A stretch of DNA of 64,000 bases. Source: Candidatus Multivoradales bacterium. GTDB taxonomy: Bacteria; Acidobacteriota; Thermoanaerobaculia; Multivoradales; JAHEKO01. The stretch covers positions 1,920,001 through 1,984,000 of the forward strand of contig CBDCXM010000009.1 of the NCBI GenBank assembly GCA_965223855.1. Direction: 5' to 3'. The notes beneath the pieces are model-generated. The model saw only the letters and a program-made list of their open reading frames with translations. It was not told the DNA's origin and ran no database searches. The translations under genes and the position numbers were made by a program. This document shows positions 19,704 to 29,028 of this stretch, piece after piece (positions within the stretch are counted from its first letter, which is position 1; every line of letters begins with the position of its first letter).

Positions 19704-20802
19704 GTTGCTGGTGACCGGAGGGGCCGGCTTCATCGGCGCCAACTTCGTTCACTACTGGCGGCGACGCCATCCGGAAGACCGCATCGTGGTCCTCGATGCG
19801 CTGACCTATGCCGGCCACCGCGCGAGTCTCCCCGATGAGGACCGGACGCTGCGCTTCGTGCATGGGGACATCGTCGATCGCGCCGCCGACGAGTCGCTGT
19901 TGCGCGAAGAGGCGATCGACACGGTCGTTCACTTCGCCGCCGAGTCCCACGTCGATCGCTCGATCGAGGGCCCGGAGAGGTTCGTCGAGGTGAACGTCAA
20001 CGGCACCTGCGCGCTCCTCGAGGCGGCCCGCCGGGTATGGGGCGACGACACGTCAGGTCGGCGCTTCCACCATGTCTCGACCGACGAGGTCTACGGCACA
20101 CTGGGACCGCGCGATGCCGCATTCACCGAGGCGACGCCGTACGCCCCAAACTCCCCGTACGCGGCGAGCAAGGCGGCGGCCGACCATCTCGTGCGCGCGT
20201 ACAACGAGACCTACGCGCTGCCGGTGACGCTCTCGAACTGCTCGAACAACTACGGGCCCTACCACTATCCCGAGAAGCTGATCCCACTCTTCATCGTCAA
20301 CCTTCTCGAGGGTCGTGAACTGCCGGTCTACGGCCAGGGGACCAACGTCCGCGACTGGCTGCACGTGGAAGACCATTGCAGCGGCATCGAAGCGATCCTC
20401 GAGCGCGGCACCGCCGGACGGACCTACAACATCGGCAGCCGCAACGAGAAGACCAATCTCGAAGTGGTCGAGCAGCTCTGCACCGCCGTCGATACCGCCT
20501 TCGAGGGCGACGGCGGACTTGCCGGCCGCTTCCCCGAGGCACCGCCTGCCGGCGGGAAGGCGTGTCGGGAGCGCATTCGCTTCGTCGCCGATCGCCCGGG
20601 ACATGACTTTCGCTACGCCATCGATGCGACGCGCCTCGAAGAGGAGCTCGAATGGCGCCCATCCGTCGGCTTCGCCGAGGGGCTCGAGGCGACGGTGAGG
20701 TGGTATCTCGACAACGAGCCGTGGTGGCGGTCGATTCTCGACGGTGGCGGCTATCGCGCCTGGATCGAGACACAGTATGGCGAGCGTAGCGGTGGCGGCT
20801 GA
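19696..20802 (+). CDS. rfbB: dTDP-glucose 4,6-dehydratase
   Basis: GGAGFIG, HFAAESHVDRSI, VSTDEVYG, YAASK, DRPGHDFRY. Confidence 0.96.
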   Translation: MARLLVTGGAGFIGANFVHYWRRRHPEDRIVVLDALTYAGHRASLPDEDRTLRFVHGDIVDRAADESLLREEAIDTVVHFAAESHVDRSIEGPERFVEVNVNGTCALLEAARRVWGDDTSGRRFHHVSTDEVYGTLGPRDAAFTEATPYAPNSPYAASKAAADHLVRAYNETYALPVTLSNCSNNYGPYHYPEKLIPLFIVNLLEGRELPVYGQGTNVRDWLHVEDHCSGIEAILERGTAGRTYNIGSRNEKTNLEVVEQLCTAVDTAFEGDGGLAGRFPEAPPAGGKACRERIRFVADRPGHDFRYAIDATRLEEELEWRPSVGFAEGLEATVRWYLDNEPWWRSILDGGGYRAWIETQYGERSGGG

Positions 20803-22660
20803 GCGCCGCGCGCTGACTCGGTCACTGGCGGCGCTGGCGCTCGTGGCGCTCGCCGGTTGCGGGGCCGCGGCACCGCGAGACAACCCGCTTCCCGAAGCGG
20901 CGCTGGCCGGCGCCGACCGGCACGGCTTCGTCGTCTGGGAGTCGAACCGCTCGGGGAGCTGGAGGATCTGGCGCGCCGGCCTCGGCGGCGGCGACCCGGA
21001 GCAACTGAGCCCCGACGAGGACGGCCGCAGGCACTGCTGCGCGCACATCGCTCCCGATGGCGAGCGTCTCGTCTACCTGAGTCTTCCGTCGGGCCGCCAG
21101 CGCTACTTCGACGGCGACTCGATCGGGCCGCTGCGCTGGCTGGCGACCGACGGCTCGGAGGGCGGCACCCTCGCAGAGTCGGCGCGAACCTATTTCGAGC
21201 ATCGCGCCGCTGTGTGGCTCGACGAGCGCACGGTGAGCTTCATCGACGAGGACGGTGCGGTCAGGACCGTCGATCTCGACGGCGGATCGCGACGGACGCT
21301 GCTCGAATCGGCGGCCGACGGGCGACGCTGGCTCGTCGATCCACAGGGTCGCTGGGCGGCGAGCGGGCTCGCCGTGCTGGCTCCGGTAGAGGAGGGGGGA
21401 CGGCTCGGCGAGGCGGTGCCGCTGCCGGGGTGCCAGCCCTACTTCACCTCCGACGGCCGGTGGGCGTTCTGGACCGCCGGGGCCGGAGGCCCGATCGATC
21501 GCTTCGACCTCGTCGACGGAAGCGCGCAGACTCTCGTCGAGAAGAGCGACCCGAGGTTGCCCGACGATCGCGGCTACCTCTACTTCCCGATGGTCTCCGC
21601 CGACCGCACCCTGCTGGCCATGGCGGCCTCGGACGGCACGCACGACCACTTCCAGGCCGACTACGAGCTGCGGGTCGCGGAGATCGACACCGACACTCTC
21701 GAGTTGCTGGGGCGGGCCAGAGCGATCGCGCCGCATCCTGCGGTCGATCGCTTCCCCGACCTGTGGCGTGCGCCGCTCGCCCTCGGTCGCCGGACGGGCC
21801 AGGCACCGCTCGACGTCGAGTTCGCGGCGCCCGAGACCGTCGAGTGGGTCGTGGAGAAGACCCTGGAAGACGGTGAAGCTCCGGTCGAGCTGCTTCGCGA
21901 AAGCGGCGAGGAGTTGCGGACGACGCTCATTGAGCCGGGCCACTATCTCGTGACGGCCGGCGGCCCGGAGCGTAGCTGGACCGGGGTGGCCGTCGTCACC
22001 CGGACGGAGCCTCCGGAGCCGTTGAATGCCGGATGGCCGAGCTCGCGCCGGGGGTTGCTCTGGAGCTGGGATCCGGCTTCGGGTTCCACGACGCAGCTCG
22101 AGGGAGAGGCTCGGCGACGTCCCGACGGTACCCTCGATCTCTCGGCCGGCTCGATGCTGGCGCTCAAATCGGCCGACCGGCTTCACGCAGGCATGTGGCG
22201 GACCAATCGCTTCACGCTCGAGGTCGCCGCCGAGGGTCGATCGGGCGATGGCCGGTCGTGGCCTGACGGCGCGATCCTGTCGATCGGCCGCGATGCCGGC
22301 AGCGAGAACGTGATGCTCGGCGTCGAGAGCGGTCGTCTCGTGCTCCGGATGCGGGTCGGGCCGAAGCGCGAGCCGTTCGCTCAGGTCGACCTGGGACCCG
22401 CTCCCACCGGCAGCGCACACCTCACCGTCACCTACACGCCCGGGCGGCTGGCGCTCTACCGCGACGGCCGGTTGGCCTTGGAGACCACCGAGCTGCTCGG
22501 CCACTTCTTTCACTGGCGACCGTACCCGTTGTCACTCGGCGACCGGTGGCGCGGCGGGGCGGCCTGGTCCGGATCGCTGTCGCGAGTGGCGGTCTTCGAC
22601 CGCATGCTGCCGCCCGAAGAGATCGCCGGCAACGCACGACGTGCCGGCTTCGGCGGGTAG
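20777..22660 (+). CDS. Lipoprotein with TolB-like propeller, PKD-like and LamG/ConA-like domains
   Basis: Lipobox LAGC; VWESNRSG; GQAPLDVEF (PKD-like); HLTVTY...LYRDG...VAVFDRML..EEI (LamG-like); start codon uncertain. Confidence 0.7.
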   Translation: MASVAVAAERRALTRSLAALALVALAGCGAAAPRDNPLPEAALAGADRHGFVVWESNRSGSWRIWRAGLGGGDPEQLSPDEDGRRHCCAHIAPDGERLVYLSLPSGRQRYFDGDSIGPLRWLATDGSEGGTLAESARTYFEHRAAVWLDERTVSFIDEDGAVRTVDLDGGSRRTLLESAADGRRWLVDPQGRWAASGLAVLAPVEEGGRLGEAVPLPGCQPYFTSDGRWAFWTAGAGGPIDRFDLVDGSAQTLVEKSDPRLPDDRGYLYFPMVSADRTLLAMAASDGTHDHFQADYELRVAEIDTDTLELLGRARAIAPHPAVDRFPDLWRAPLALGRRTGQAPLDVEFAAPETVEWVVEKTLEDGEAPVELLRESGEELRTTLIEPGHYLVTAGGPERSWTGVAVVTRTEPPEPLNAGWPSSRRGLLWSWDPASGSTTQLEGEARRRPDGTLDLSAGSMLALKSADRLHAGMWRTNRFTLEVAAEGRSGDGRSWPDGAILSIGRDAGSENVMLGVESGRLVLRMRVGPKREPFAQVDLGPAPTGSAHLTVTYTPGRLALYRDGRLALETTELLGHFFHWRPYPLSLGDRWRGGAAWSGSLSRVAVFDRMLPPEEIAGNARRAGFGG

Positions 22661-22690
22661 CGCCACTCGAGGCCTGGCCTCCGCGACGGC

Positions 22691-24898
22691 TCAGTCGACG
22701 TAGCCGAGCGCCCGCAGGTTGCGGGTCACCTCGTCGCTGACCTCGGCGGCTTCGGTGCCGGGCTGGAGAGCCGCCGCCAGTTCGATCCACGCCCGCAGCC
22801 GGCCGCGCAGCCAGTCGGTCTCGAGCAAACGCTCCCCGGCGAGGTTCGACTGCTCGCCGGGATCGGCGGTCAGATCGAAGACGTACTCCGGCTCACGGTC
22901 GCGCCCCGGGCCGGTGCCCATGCCCCACTGGGTGTTGCGCCGCGGCGCCCAGACGAGCTTGTGCCCGGAGGTGAAGGAGGCGTAGATCCCGCCGTCGACT
23001 CCCGGAGCGGCAGCGAAGAGCACCTCCGGCGGCCCCGCGGGCCCGGTTCCTACTGATCCGGTGTTCCCCAGGAGCTCGGGCCAGAGCGAGCGGCCGGTGA
23101 GGGGCAGCGGCGCGTGAGCCTCGGCAAGCTGTCTCAACGTGACGTGGACGTCCTGGGTGCTCGTCGGGCGGTCGACGACGCCTGGCTTGAGCCGGCCGGG
23201 CCACCAGACCACCAGGGGGATCCTCAGTTGATGGCCGTAAAGCGAGAAGCCGTGCAGCAGGCCCTCGTGGTCGAAGAGCTCCTCTCCGTGGTCGGCGGTG
23301 ACGACGAGGAGCACCTCGCCCGGTTCGAAGCGTCGCTCGATCTCTGCGAGAAGCACTCCGAGCTGCTCGTCGCCATAGGCGACGCTGGCGCGATAGAGGT
23401 CGAGGATCCGTCTCCGGTCCGCCGTGCCGGCACGCCGCTCTCCCTTGCGCAACCGGATGAGCGTGGCGGAGCCGCCGTCGATCGTCGACGGTGCCGCGGG
23501 GTCGGGCTCCGGCTCGAGGCGGGGAGGCGGGGCGTAGGGGTTGTGCGGGTGCACCGGATGCACATAGAGGAAGCCCGGTCGCGCCAGGCCGTCGAGCCAC
23601 TCGAGGGCGGCCGGATGGACCCATTCGGCGTTGTCGTTGTAGGCGCCGCGCGGATGGGTGTCGTAGAGCACGTCCGGATCGTGGGCCTCGAAGCCGCGCG
23701 TCAACCCGTAGGCGTCCGAGACGTAGATGTTGCCCGAGAAGAGACCGGTCGCCCTGCCGGCCTCTGCGAACGCCTCCGCCAGGACCGGTGGGTCTGCGGC
23801 GAGTGCACCCGCGTCGCCGAGCACCGGCCGCCCCGTGAAGAGGGTGACGGTGGAGGGCAACGTGTTGGGCGCCAACGAATGGTGGGCGCGAAACGACACC
23901 CCTTCGCGAGCCAGTCGGTCGAGGGTGGGGGTGACGCTCGCCGCGCCCTCCCGGCCGCCGATCGCATCGGCTCGTAGCGCGTCGAAGACGTAGAGGACTA
24001 TCAGTCTTGGAGGATCCGGCAGCCGCGGAGGATCCGGCAGTCGCGGAGGATCCGGCAGTCGTGGAGGATCGGGAACGGTGGCCGCTCGTTCGGTGCGAGG
24101 CGGTTGGACGAACTCGAGATTCCGCCACGTGGCCTCATCGCCGGTGCCCCGAGCCAGCAGCCGGAGTCGCACCAGCCCCTCGCGGTTCGCGAGGTCCGCC
24201 TCGAAGTCGCTTCCGCGCCCCCAGGACGGACCCGTCCCGGGGCGGTGGAGAAGCTCGCGCACTTCGCCGTCCTCGTCCTCGACTCTCAGCGAGAAGGTCT
24301 GCTCCCGCCGCATCGTCTCCGGCAGCTCGAGGGTCCCTCGCAGTCTGGTGTCGGCCGGCAGCCAGCGGACGAAGTCGACGGCCGAGTTGCCGGCCTGCAA
24401 CACCGCGGAATCCTCAATTCGAACCCGGCCCGGCGGCAGCGCTTGATCGAAGGTCGCGCGCTCGATGCCGACCTCGCTCCCCTCCGGCCAGACGAAGTCG
24501 ACCGTCGCTCGTCCGATCGGCAGCGGCGGCAGTTCGACGGCCGTCGGGTCGAGCGGCAGCGTGGCGACGGAGCGCCCGCTCACCCGGACGTCGACCGCTC
24601 CCGACGCAGGGAGGGAGTGGACGCGGGTCGCGAAGCGCAGGGTCCTCTGCCGCGATTCGAGAGAGACGACCTCGATCCTCGCCGGCCGCCGGTAGGCGAC
24701 CATCCTCACAGTCCCGGCCTCGACCCACCCCCACCAGCCGTGGAGGAACCGGTTGCCCTCCTGGGAAGGAGGGAAGTCGAGGTCACGCGCCTCGACGAGA
24801 ATGTCAGGGCGCTGTAGCGGATCCAGGAGCGGCGTTCCCTCCGGCGGCTCGCCGCAGGCGAGGGCGAGGAGGAGGCCGGAGGCCGCGAGCGCTCGCAC
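22691..24898 (-). CDS. Sulfatase-like hydrolase/transferase lipoprotein (Thr at the nucleophile position)
   Basis: Lipobox LALAC; YVFDALRAD, NTLPSTVTLFTG, HPHNPY, TADHGE, HGFSLY, C-terminal LRALGYV; start codon inferred. Confidence 0.8.
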   Translation of the reverse strand: MRALAASGLLLALACGEPPEGTPLLDPLQRPDILVEARDLDFPPSQEGNRFLHGWWGWVEAGTVRMVAYRRPARIEVVSLESRQRTLRFATRVHSLPASGAVDVRVSGRSVATLPLDPTAVELPPLPIGRATVDFVWPEGSEVGIERATFDQALPPGRVRIEDSAVLQAGNSAVDFVRWLPADTRLRGTLELPETMRREQTFSLRVEDEDGEVRELLHRPGTGPSWGRGSDFEADLANREGLVRLRLLARGTGDEATWRNLEFVQPPRTERAATVPDPPRLPDPPRLPDPPRLPDPPRLIVLYVFDALRADAIGGREGAASVTPTLDRLAREGVSFRAHHSLAPNTLPSTVTLFTGRPVLGDAGALAADPPVLAEAFAEAGRATGLFSGNIYVSDAYGLTRGFEAHDPDVLYDTHPRGAYNDNAEWVHPAALEWLDGLARPGFLYVHPVHPHNPYAPPPRLEPEPDPAAPSTIDGGSATLIRLRKGERRAGTADRRRILDLYRASVAYGDEQLGVLLAEIERRFEPGEVLLVVTADHGEELFDHEGLLHGFSLYGHQLRIPLVVWWPGRLKPGVVDRPTSTQDVHVTLRQLAEAHAPLPLTGRSLWPELLGNTGSVGTGPAGPPEVLFAAAPGVDGGIYASFTSGHKLVWAPRRNTQWGMGTGPGRDREPEYVFDLTADPGEQSNLAGERLLETDWLRGRLRAWIELAAALQPGTEAAEVSDEVTRNLRALGYVD
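24009..24071. repeat. Intragenic 18-bp VNTR (3.5 copies) encoding a (PDPPRL)n linker
   Basis: GGAGGATCCGGCAG(C/T)CG(C/T) at 24009, 24027, 24045 and partial at 24063. Confidence 0.9.
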
Positions 24899-24909
24899 CG
24901 GAGTCGCGA

Positions 24910-27135
24910 TCAGGCCGGCGGGACGACTTCCACCGTCGCCTCGCAGAGGGTCTCGCCGTTGCGGTTTGAGAACCACGCCACACCCTCCCGGACGATGTCG
25001 AACTGCAGGGTGTACGTCCCGGGCTCGGTCGGCGCCTCGACCTGAAGCAGGGCGCCGGTCCGATCGCCGACCTTCGCATTGCCGGGGAGGCGTGTCCGGA
25101 TCCCCTCGAAGTGAGTGACCTCGCCGTCTCTCACCCAGTGGTAGGAGAGGGTGACCCGGGTCAGCCCGTGGGCCGGCCATTCGATGACGCCGAGATTCCT
25201 GACGTGGGCCTCGGCGCGGAACTTGTCACCCGCGGTGACGATCGCCGGCGCCTCGCACGACAGCCACTCGACGGTGAACGCGTCGTCCGAATAGACCTTG
25301 GAGCGCGGGCCGAGATAGCGGACGCCGGCGCCGAAGTAGCTGCGCCACTGGAGCTGACCGTCGCGGCCCCTCGGAACGACGCCGCGAGCCGGGGTGACGG
25401 TGAGGTGGTAGAGCGCCGATGCCGGTTTGTCGTCGGGCACGATGTGGACGGGACGGTAGGGCTCCGGGTTCGAAGGTGTCAGCTCGACGATCTGCACATC
25501 GTCGGAGCGATCCTCCGGCGTGAAGAGGACGGTGACCTCTTCGTCGCCGATCGACAGGGTCACCTCGTTCTCTGCCGCCAGGCTCCGCACCTCGAACAGC
25601 ACCGGCTCGAGAATCGGCGCCCGGTTGACCATCCACACCTCGGCCGCGAGATTGCCGTAGAAAATCATCTCGTCGCCGGCGACCGTCATGGCGTCTTTGC
25701 GGCCGCGGAACCACACTCTGTCGACCGTCACCCCGCGATACCCGGGGATCGCCGACTGGATGGTCTTCTCGACCGGGAACAGCCGGTAGGCGGGGCCGCG
25801 GACGTGGGACTGCAGTGTCGCCTCGCGCACCGGAGAGCCGAGCGGCTGGAAGACGAGCACTCCGAGGAGCAGCCCGCCGGCGGCGAACCCCGGCAGCAGG
25901 GCCCACCGCGGCCGGATCTGCGTCACGAGGAAAAGGAAGGCGGGGTAGGCCGAGACGAAGTAGCGGTTGCCGACGAATCCCGCTCCGCCGTGCCAGTTGA
26001 ACGGAATCCAGACGAGATAGAAGGCCGCCAGCCCGGCCGCCGCGGCGAGGACCGACCAGCGCGTCGAGTCGCGCAGGCCGTGGACCAGGAACAGAATGAT
26101 CGCCAGCACGGCGAACGGCAGATAGACGACGAAGCCGGTGTGGCGCCCCCAGAGGAACGAGCCGAGACTGCTCAACGTCTTCTTCGCCTTGAACTCCGGC
26201 AGGCGCCACAGCCAGGACCACGACTTGTCGGTCTTGAGATCTTCCAACACCTCCTCGCTCTGCACCTGGAGTGGCTCTACCTCCGGGTCGGTGATCCGGA
26301 AGCCGGTGCGCTGAACGCCCAGGTAGGCGCTCGGGTGACCGGTCAGGGCGACCGCGAGGCCTGCGAAGATCCCCATCGAGATCGCCGCGGCCAGCAGCCA
26401 GCAGACGAGCTGTCGCCAGTTCCTCCTGCTCAGAAGAGCCCAGACGACGGGGACCCCCATGATCGCCATCATCGGCTTGTGGTAGGTGGCGGCGGCGATC
26501 CCCGCAGCGGAGAGCGACAGGCGCACGACGGGGTGGGCGACGGCGGCGAGCATCCGGCTCCACAGCCCGCCCCAGCTCGGCCTCGACGGCGCCGAGGTGA
26601 GGCCGAAGTAGAGGCCGACGCACACTCCGAACGCCATGAAGACCTCCGGGTGCATCCAGAAGACGTAGGGGAAGAGGCCGCTGACGACGAAGAACCCGGT
26701 CGAGAAGAGCGCCGCCAGCCCCTCGCCGTTGAACCGCCTGAGGTAGCAGGTCCCCATCCAGATCATCGCTGCGAAGAGCAGGACGTTGAATGCCACCATG
26801 CCGTCGGCGCCGAAGAAGTGGGCAAGCGGTGCGGCCAGCATCGAGTAGAGGTAGGGCTTGCCGAAGTAGGTCGTCCGCCAGCCGTCGTCGGTCATGACGA
26901 TCGTGTTGTCGATCGGCAGGAACGGGAAGTCGTTGACGGCGCGGCGGCGATCCTCGACGTTGCACTCGAGATCGCCGTCGTGGGTGAGGCTGAGCGCCAT
27001 CAGGTAGTACGACGGCTCGTCCGCCTTGAACGTCAGCGGCATGCCGGGCTTCCCGACGCCGAGCGGGAAGAGGAAGAGGAACGCCGTCAGGCAGGCGAAG
27101 ACGAGGGGGACGAGGCGTTGGCGGGAGGCGTTCAT
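24910..27135 (-). CDS. Polytopic membrane protein, GT-C-fold glycosyltransferase-like, with a C-terminal Ig-like domain
   Basis: ADEPSYY acidic motif in the first loop, many TM helices, WHGG..FVGNRY; C-terminal LSYHW...PGTYTLQFDIVREGVAWF. Confidence 0.65.
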   Translation of the reverse strand: MNASRQRLVPLVFACLTAFLFLFPLGVGKPGMPLTFKADEPSYYLMALSLTHDGDLECNVEDRRRAVNDFPFLPIDNTIVMTDDGWRTTYFGKPYLYSMLAAPLAHFFGADGMVAFNVLLFAAMIWMGTCYLRRFNGEGLAALFSTGFFVVSGLFPYVFWMHPEVFMAFGVCVGLYFGLTSAPSRPSWGGLWSRMLAAVAHPVVRLSLSAAGIAAATYHKPMMAIMGVPVVWALLSRRNWRQLVCWLLAAAISMGIFAGLAVALTGHPSAYLGVQRTGFRITDPEVEPLQVQSEEVLEDLKTDKSWSWLWRLPEFKAKKTLSSLGSFLWGRHTGFVVYLPFAVLAIILFLVHGLRDSTRWSVLAAAAGLAAFYLVWIPFNWHGGAGFVGNRYFVSAYPAFLFLVTQIRPRWALLPGFAAGGLLLGVLVFQPLGSPVREATLQSHVRGPAYRLFPVEKTIQSAIPGYRGVTVDRVWFRGRKDAMTVAGDEMIFYGNLAAEVWMVNRAPILEPVLFEVRSLAAENEVTLSIGDEEVTVLFTPEDRSDDVQIVELTPSNPEPYRPVHIVPDDKPASALYHLTVTPARGVVPRGRDGQLQWRSYFGAGVRYLGPRSKVYSDDAFTVEWLSCEAPAIVTAGDKFRAEAHVRNLGVIEWPAHGLTRVTLSYHWVRDGEVTHFEGIRTRLPGNAKVGDRTGALLQVEAPTEPGTYTLQFDIVREGVAWFSNRNGETLCEATVEVVPPA

Positions 27136-27143
27136 CGGCGGGG

Positions 27144-28580
27144 TCAGGCGGTGTCACCCTCGGTGGCGGCGACCGGATCCCGCAGGAACGCCTTGAAGTG
27201 CGGGCCGTGCCGGAGCCAGGAGAATGCCAGGACGGCGACGAGCGCCACGAGTGAGACGGCGAAGCGTGTCCAGGGATCGTCCACGAGCCGGGTGACGAGC
27301 AGAAATACTAGCGTCGGGACGAGATAAATCAAGGCGATGTCGGAGGCGAGACGACGGAAGCCGGCCGGCGCCAGCCGGTAGAGAAAGACGGCGATCACGA
27401 CGCTGCCGATCGGCAGGTAGTTGGCCCACGCCATCCCGATCGGCCCGAAGCGCAGCGTCGCCCAGGCGCCGCCGATGCCGAACGCGGCGAGGGTGAGCAG
27501 GTTGGAGACGATCCACACCCGGTCCTTGTGGAGGGTCTTGAGCACCTCGCCTCCGAGACGGCCGATCGGCTCGATCAGCGGGGCGAAACACAGCACCGTG
27601 AGGAAGGTCGGCGCGATCTCCCACTGAGGGCCACCGAGGATGCGGAGCGTCGTCGTCGGATTGGCGAACAGAAACCAGGCGATCGGTGCCTGGATGGAGA
27701 CGACCAACACGGTCGCCAGGCGGTAGGCCTCGAACAACTGCTTCGGGTAGCGGCGGAAGGCGACCAGCGCCGGGTATAGGGTCCGGGTGATCGCCGGCGT
27801 CAGGATCGTGTGGGCTAGGAAGGCGCGCGAATAGGCGAACTCATACTGTCCGAGGGTCCCGGCGTCGCTGAGGTTGCCGACGATGAAGACGTCGATACGA
27901 TCGATGAGGATGATGAGGAACCAGATGAGGGCGAGCGGCCAGCTTCTGGCGACGAGCGACCAGGTGCCGGAGCTTCCCAGGGTGAGCGGCATCACCCCCC
28001 AGGCGCGGCGCCACAGCAGGGCGGCATAGACCGCCGCCGCTGCGATCTGGGCGATGACGAGGCTCCAGACACCATAGTCGAGCCGGGCGGCGGTGACGGC
28101 GACGACCGCCATCGTGAGATTGCGGACGATCTCGGGCATGACCGCGCGGCCGACGGCGAGCTCGCTTTCGAACCACACCTTCGGCACCTGCGACAGCCCC
28201 TCGAGGAAGAGGAACACGGTCATCGCCCTCAGCACCGGGATGACGTCCGGGCGCGCCTCCCGGAACCCTTCGGCGAGCCACGGGGCGGCGAACCAGACGC
28301 CGACCACCAGGGCAGCGCCCCACACCAGTTCGAGCCGCAGGAGGCTGCCGAACGGCCGCTCGTCGTCCCGGACGACGTGGTAGACGAGGCCGAGGTCGCG
28401 CACCGCCCCGAGGACGAGGAAGGCGGTGAACGCCCACTGGTAGAGGCCGTGATCGGCGTCCGGGATCCAACGTCTGAGAAGGAGATCGACCCCGAACGCG
28501 ACGCCGACGCGCACGAACAGCGACAGCGCCGCCGCGCCGGCGGAGCGGTAGAAGCGCTCGGCGGTGTTGCGCGAGTTCAA
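27144..28580 (-). CDS. Wzx-type oligosaccharide flippase
   Basis: About 12-14 TM; DLGL, YGVWSLVIAQ, DVFIVG..LGQYEFAY. Confidence 0.85.
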   Translation of the reverse strand: MNSRNTAERFYRSAGAAALSLFVRVGVAFGVDLLLRRWIPDADHGLYQWAFTAFLVLGAVRDLGLVYHVVRDDERPFGSLLRLELVWGAALVVGVWFAAPWLAEGFREARPDVIPVLRAMTVFLFLEGLSQVPKVWFESELAVGRAVMPEIVRNLTMAVVAVTAARLDYGVWSLVIAQIAAAAVYAALLWRRAWGVMPLTLGSSGTWSLVARSWPLALIWFLIILIDRIDVFIVGNLSDAGTLGQYEFAYSRAFLAHTILTPAITRTLYPALVAFRRYPKQLFEAYRLATVLVVSIQAPIAWFLFANPTTTLRILGGPQWEIAPTFLTVLCFAPLIEPIGRLGGEVLKTLHKDRVWIVSNLLTLAAFGIGGAWATLRFGPIGMAWANYLPIGSVVIAVFLYRLAPAGFRRLASDIALIYLVPTLVFLLVTRLVDDPWTRFAVSLVALVAVLAFSWLRHGPHFKAFLRDPVAATEGDTA

Positions 28581-28616
28581 GGGGTCCGCAGCGGCGAGCT
28601 GGTGAGAAGGCCCGGG

Positions 28617-28997
28617 CTAGCCGGGAAGACTTCTGCGCACGGCCTTGTAGGTGCCGTAGCTTTCCATCGTGTCGCGGAAGTGGCCGTTGACGGCGACGAT
28701 GTCGTCCTCGTTGCCGAAGGCGCCGTCGGGGCCGGCGGAGATCAGCAGATAGAGGTCGCTGCGGGGGGTCATGTAGAAGAGGTCCTTGCCCCAGGCGTCG
28801 GTGCGCGACAGGTGAGCGCGCATCGCCGGGTCGATGTCCGCCAGTCGCTCGGGGAACTTGTTGTGCTTGGAGGTTGCGACCTCGACCTGCAGCACCTCTG
28901 CCCAGCCGTCGATCACCACTCTCGTGCTCCGGTCCGCGCCGCCGCATGCCGCGAGCAGCGCCAGGCTCGCCACTGCCGCGAAAGTCGTCTTCTTCAT
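28617..28997 (-). CDS. Lipoprotein with a GspG-like (type II secretion pseudopilin) C-terminal domain
   Basis: MKK + hydrophobic stretch + LAAC lipobox; DAWGKD..Y...LISAGPDGAFGNEDDI. Confidence 0.7.
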   Translation of the reverse strand: MKKTTFAAVASLALLAACGGADRSTRVVIDGWAEVLQVEVATSKHNKFPERLADIDPAMRAHLSRTDAWGKDLFYMTPRSDLYLLISAGPDGAFGNEDDIVAVNGHFRDTMESYGTYKAVRRSLPG

Positions 28998-29028
28998 CGT
29001 GTCGGTCCTTTCCGTAGGCCGGCGCCGG

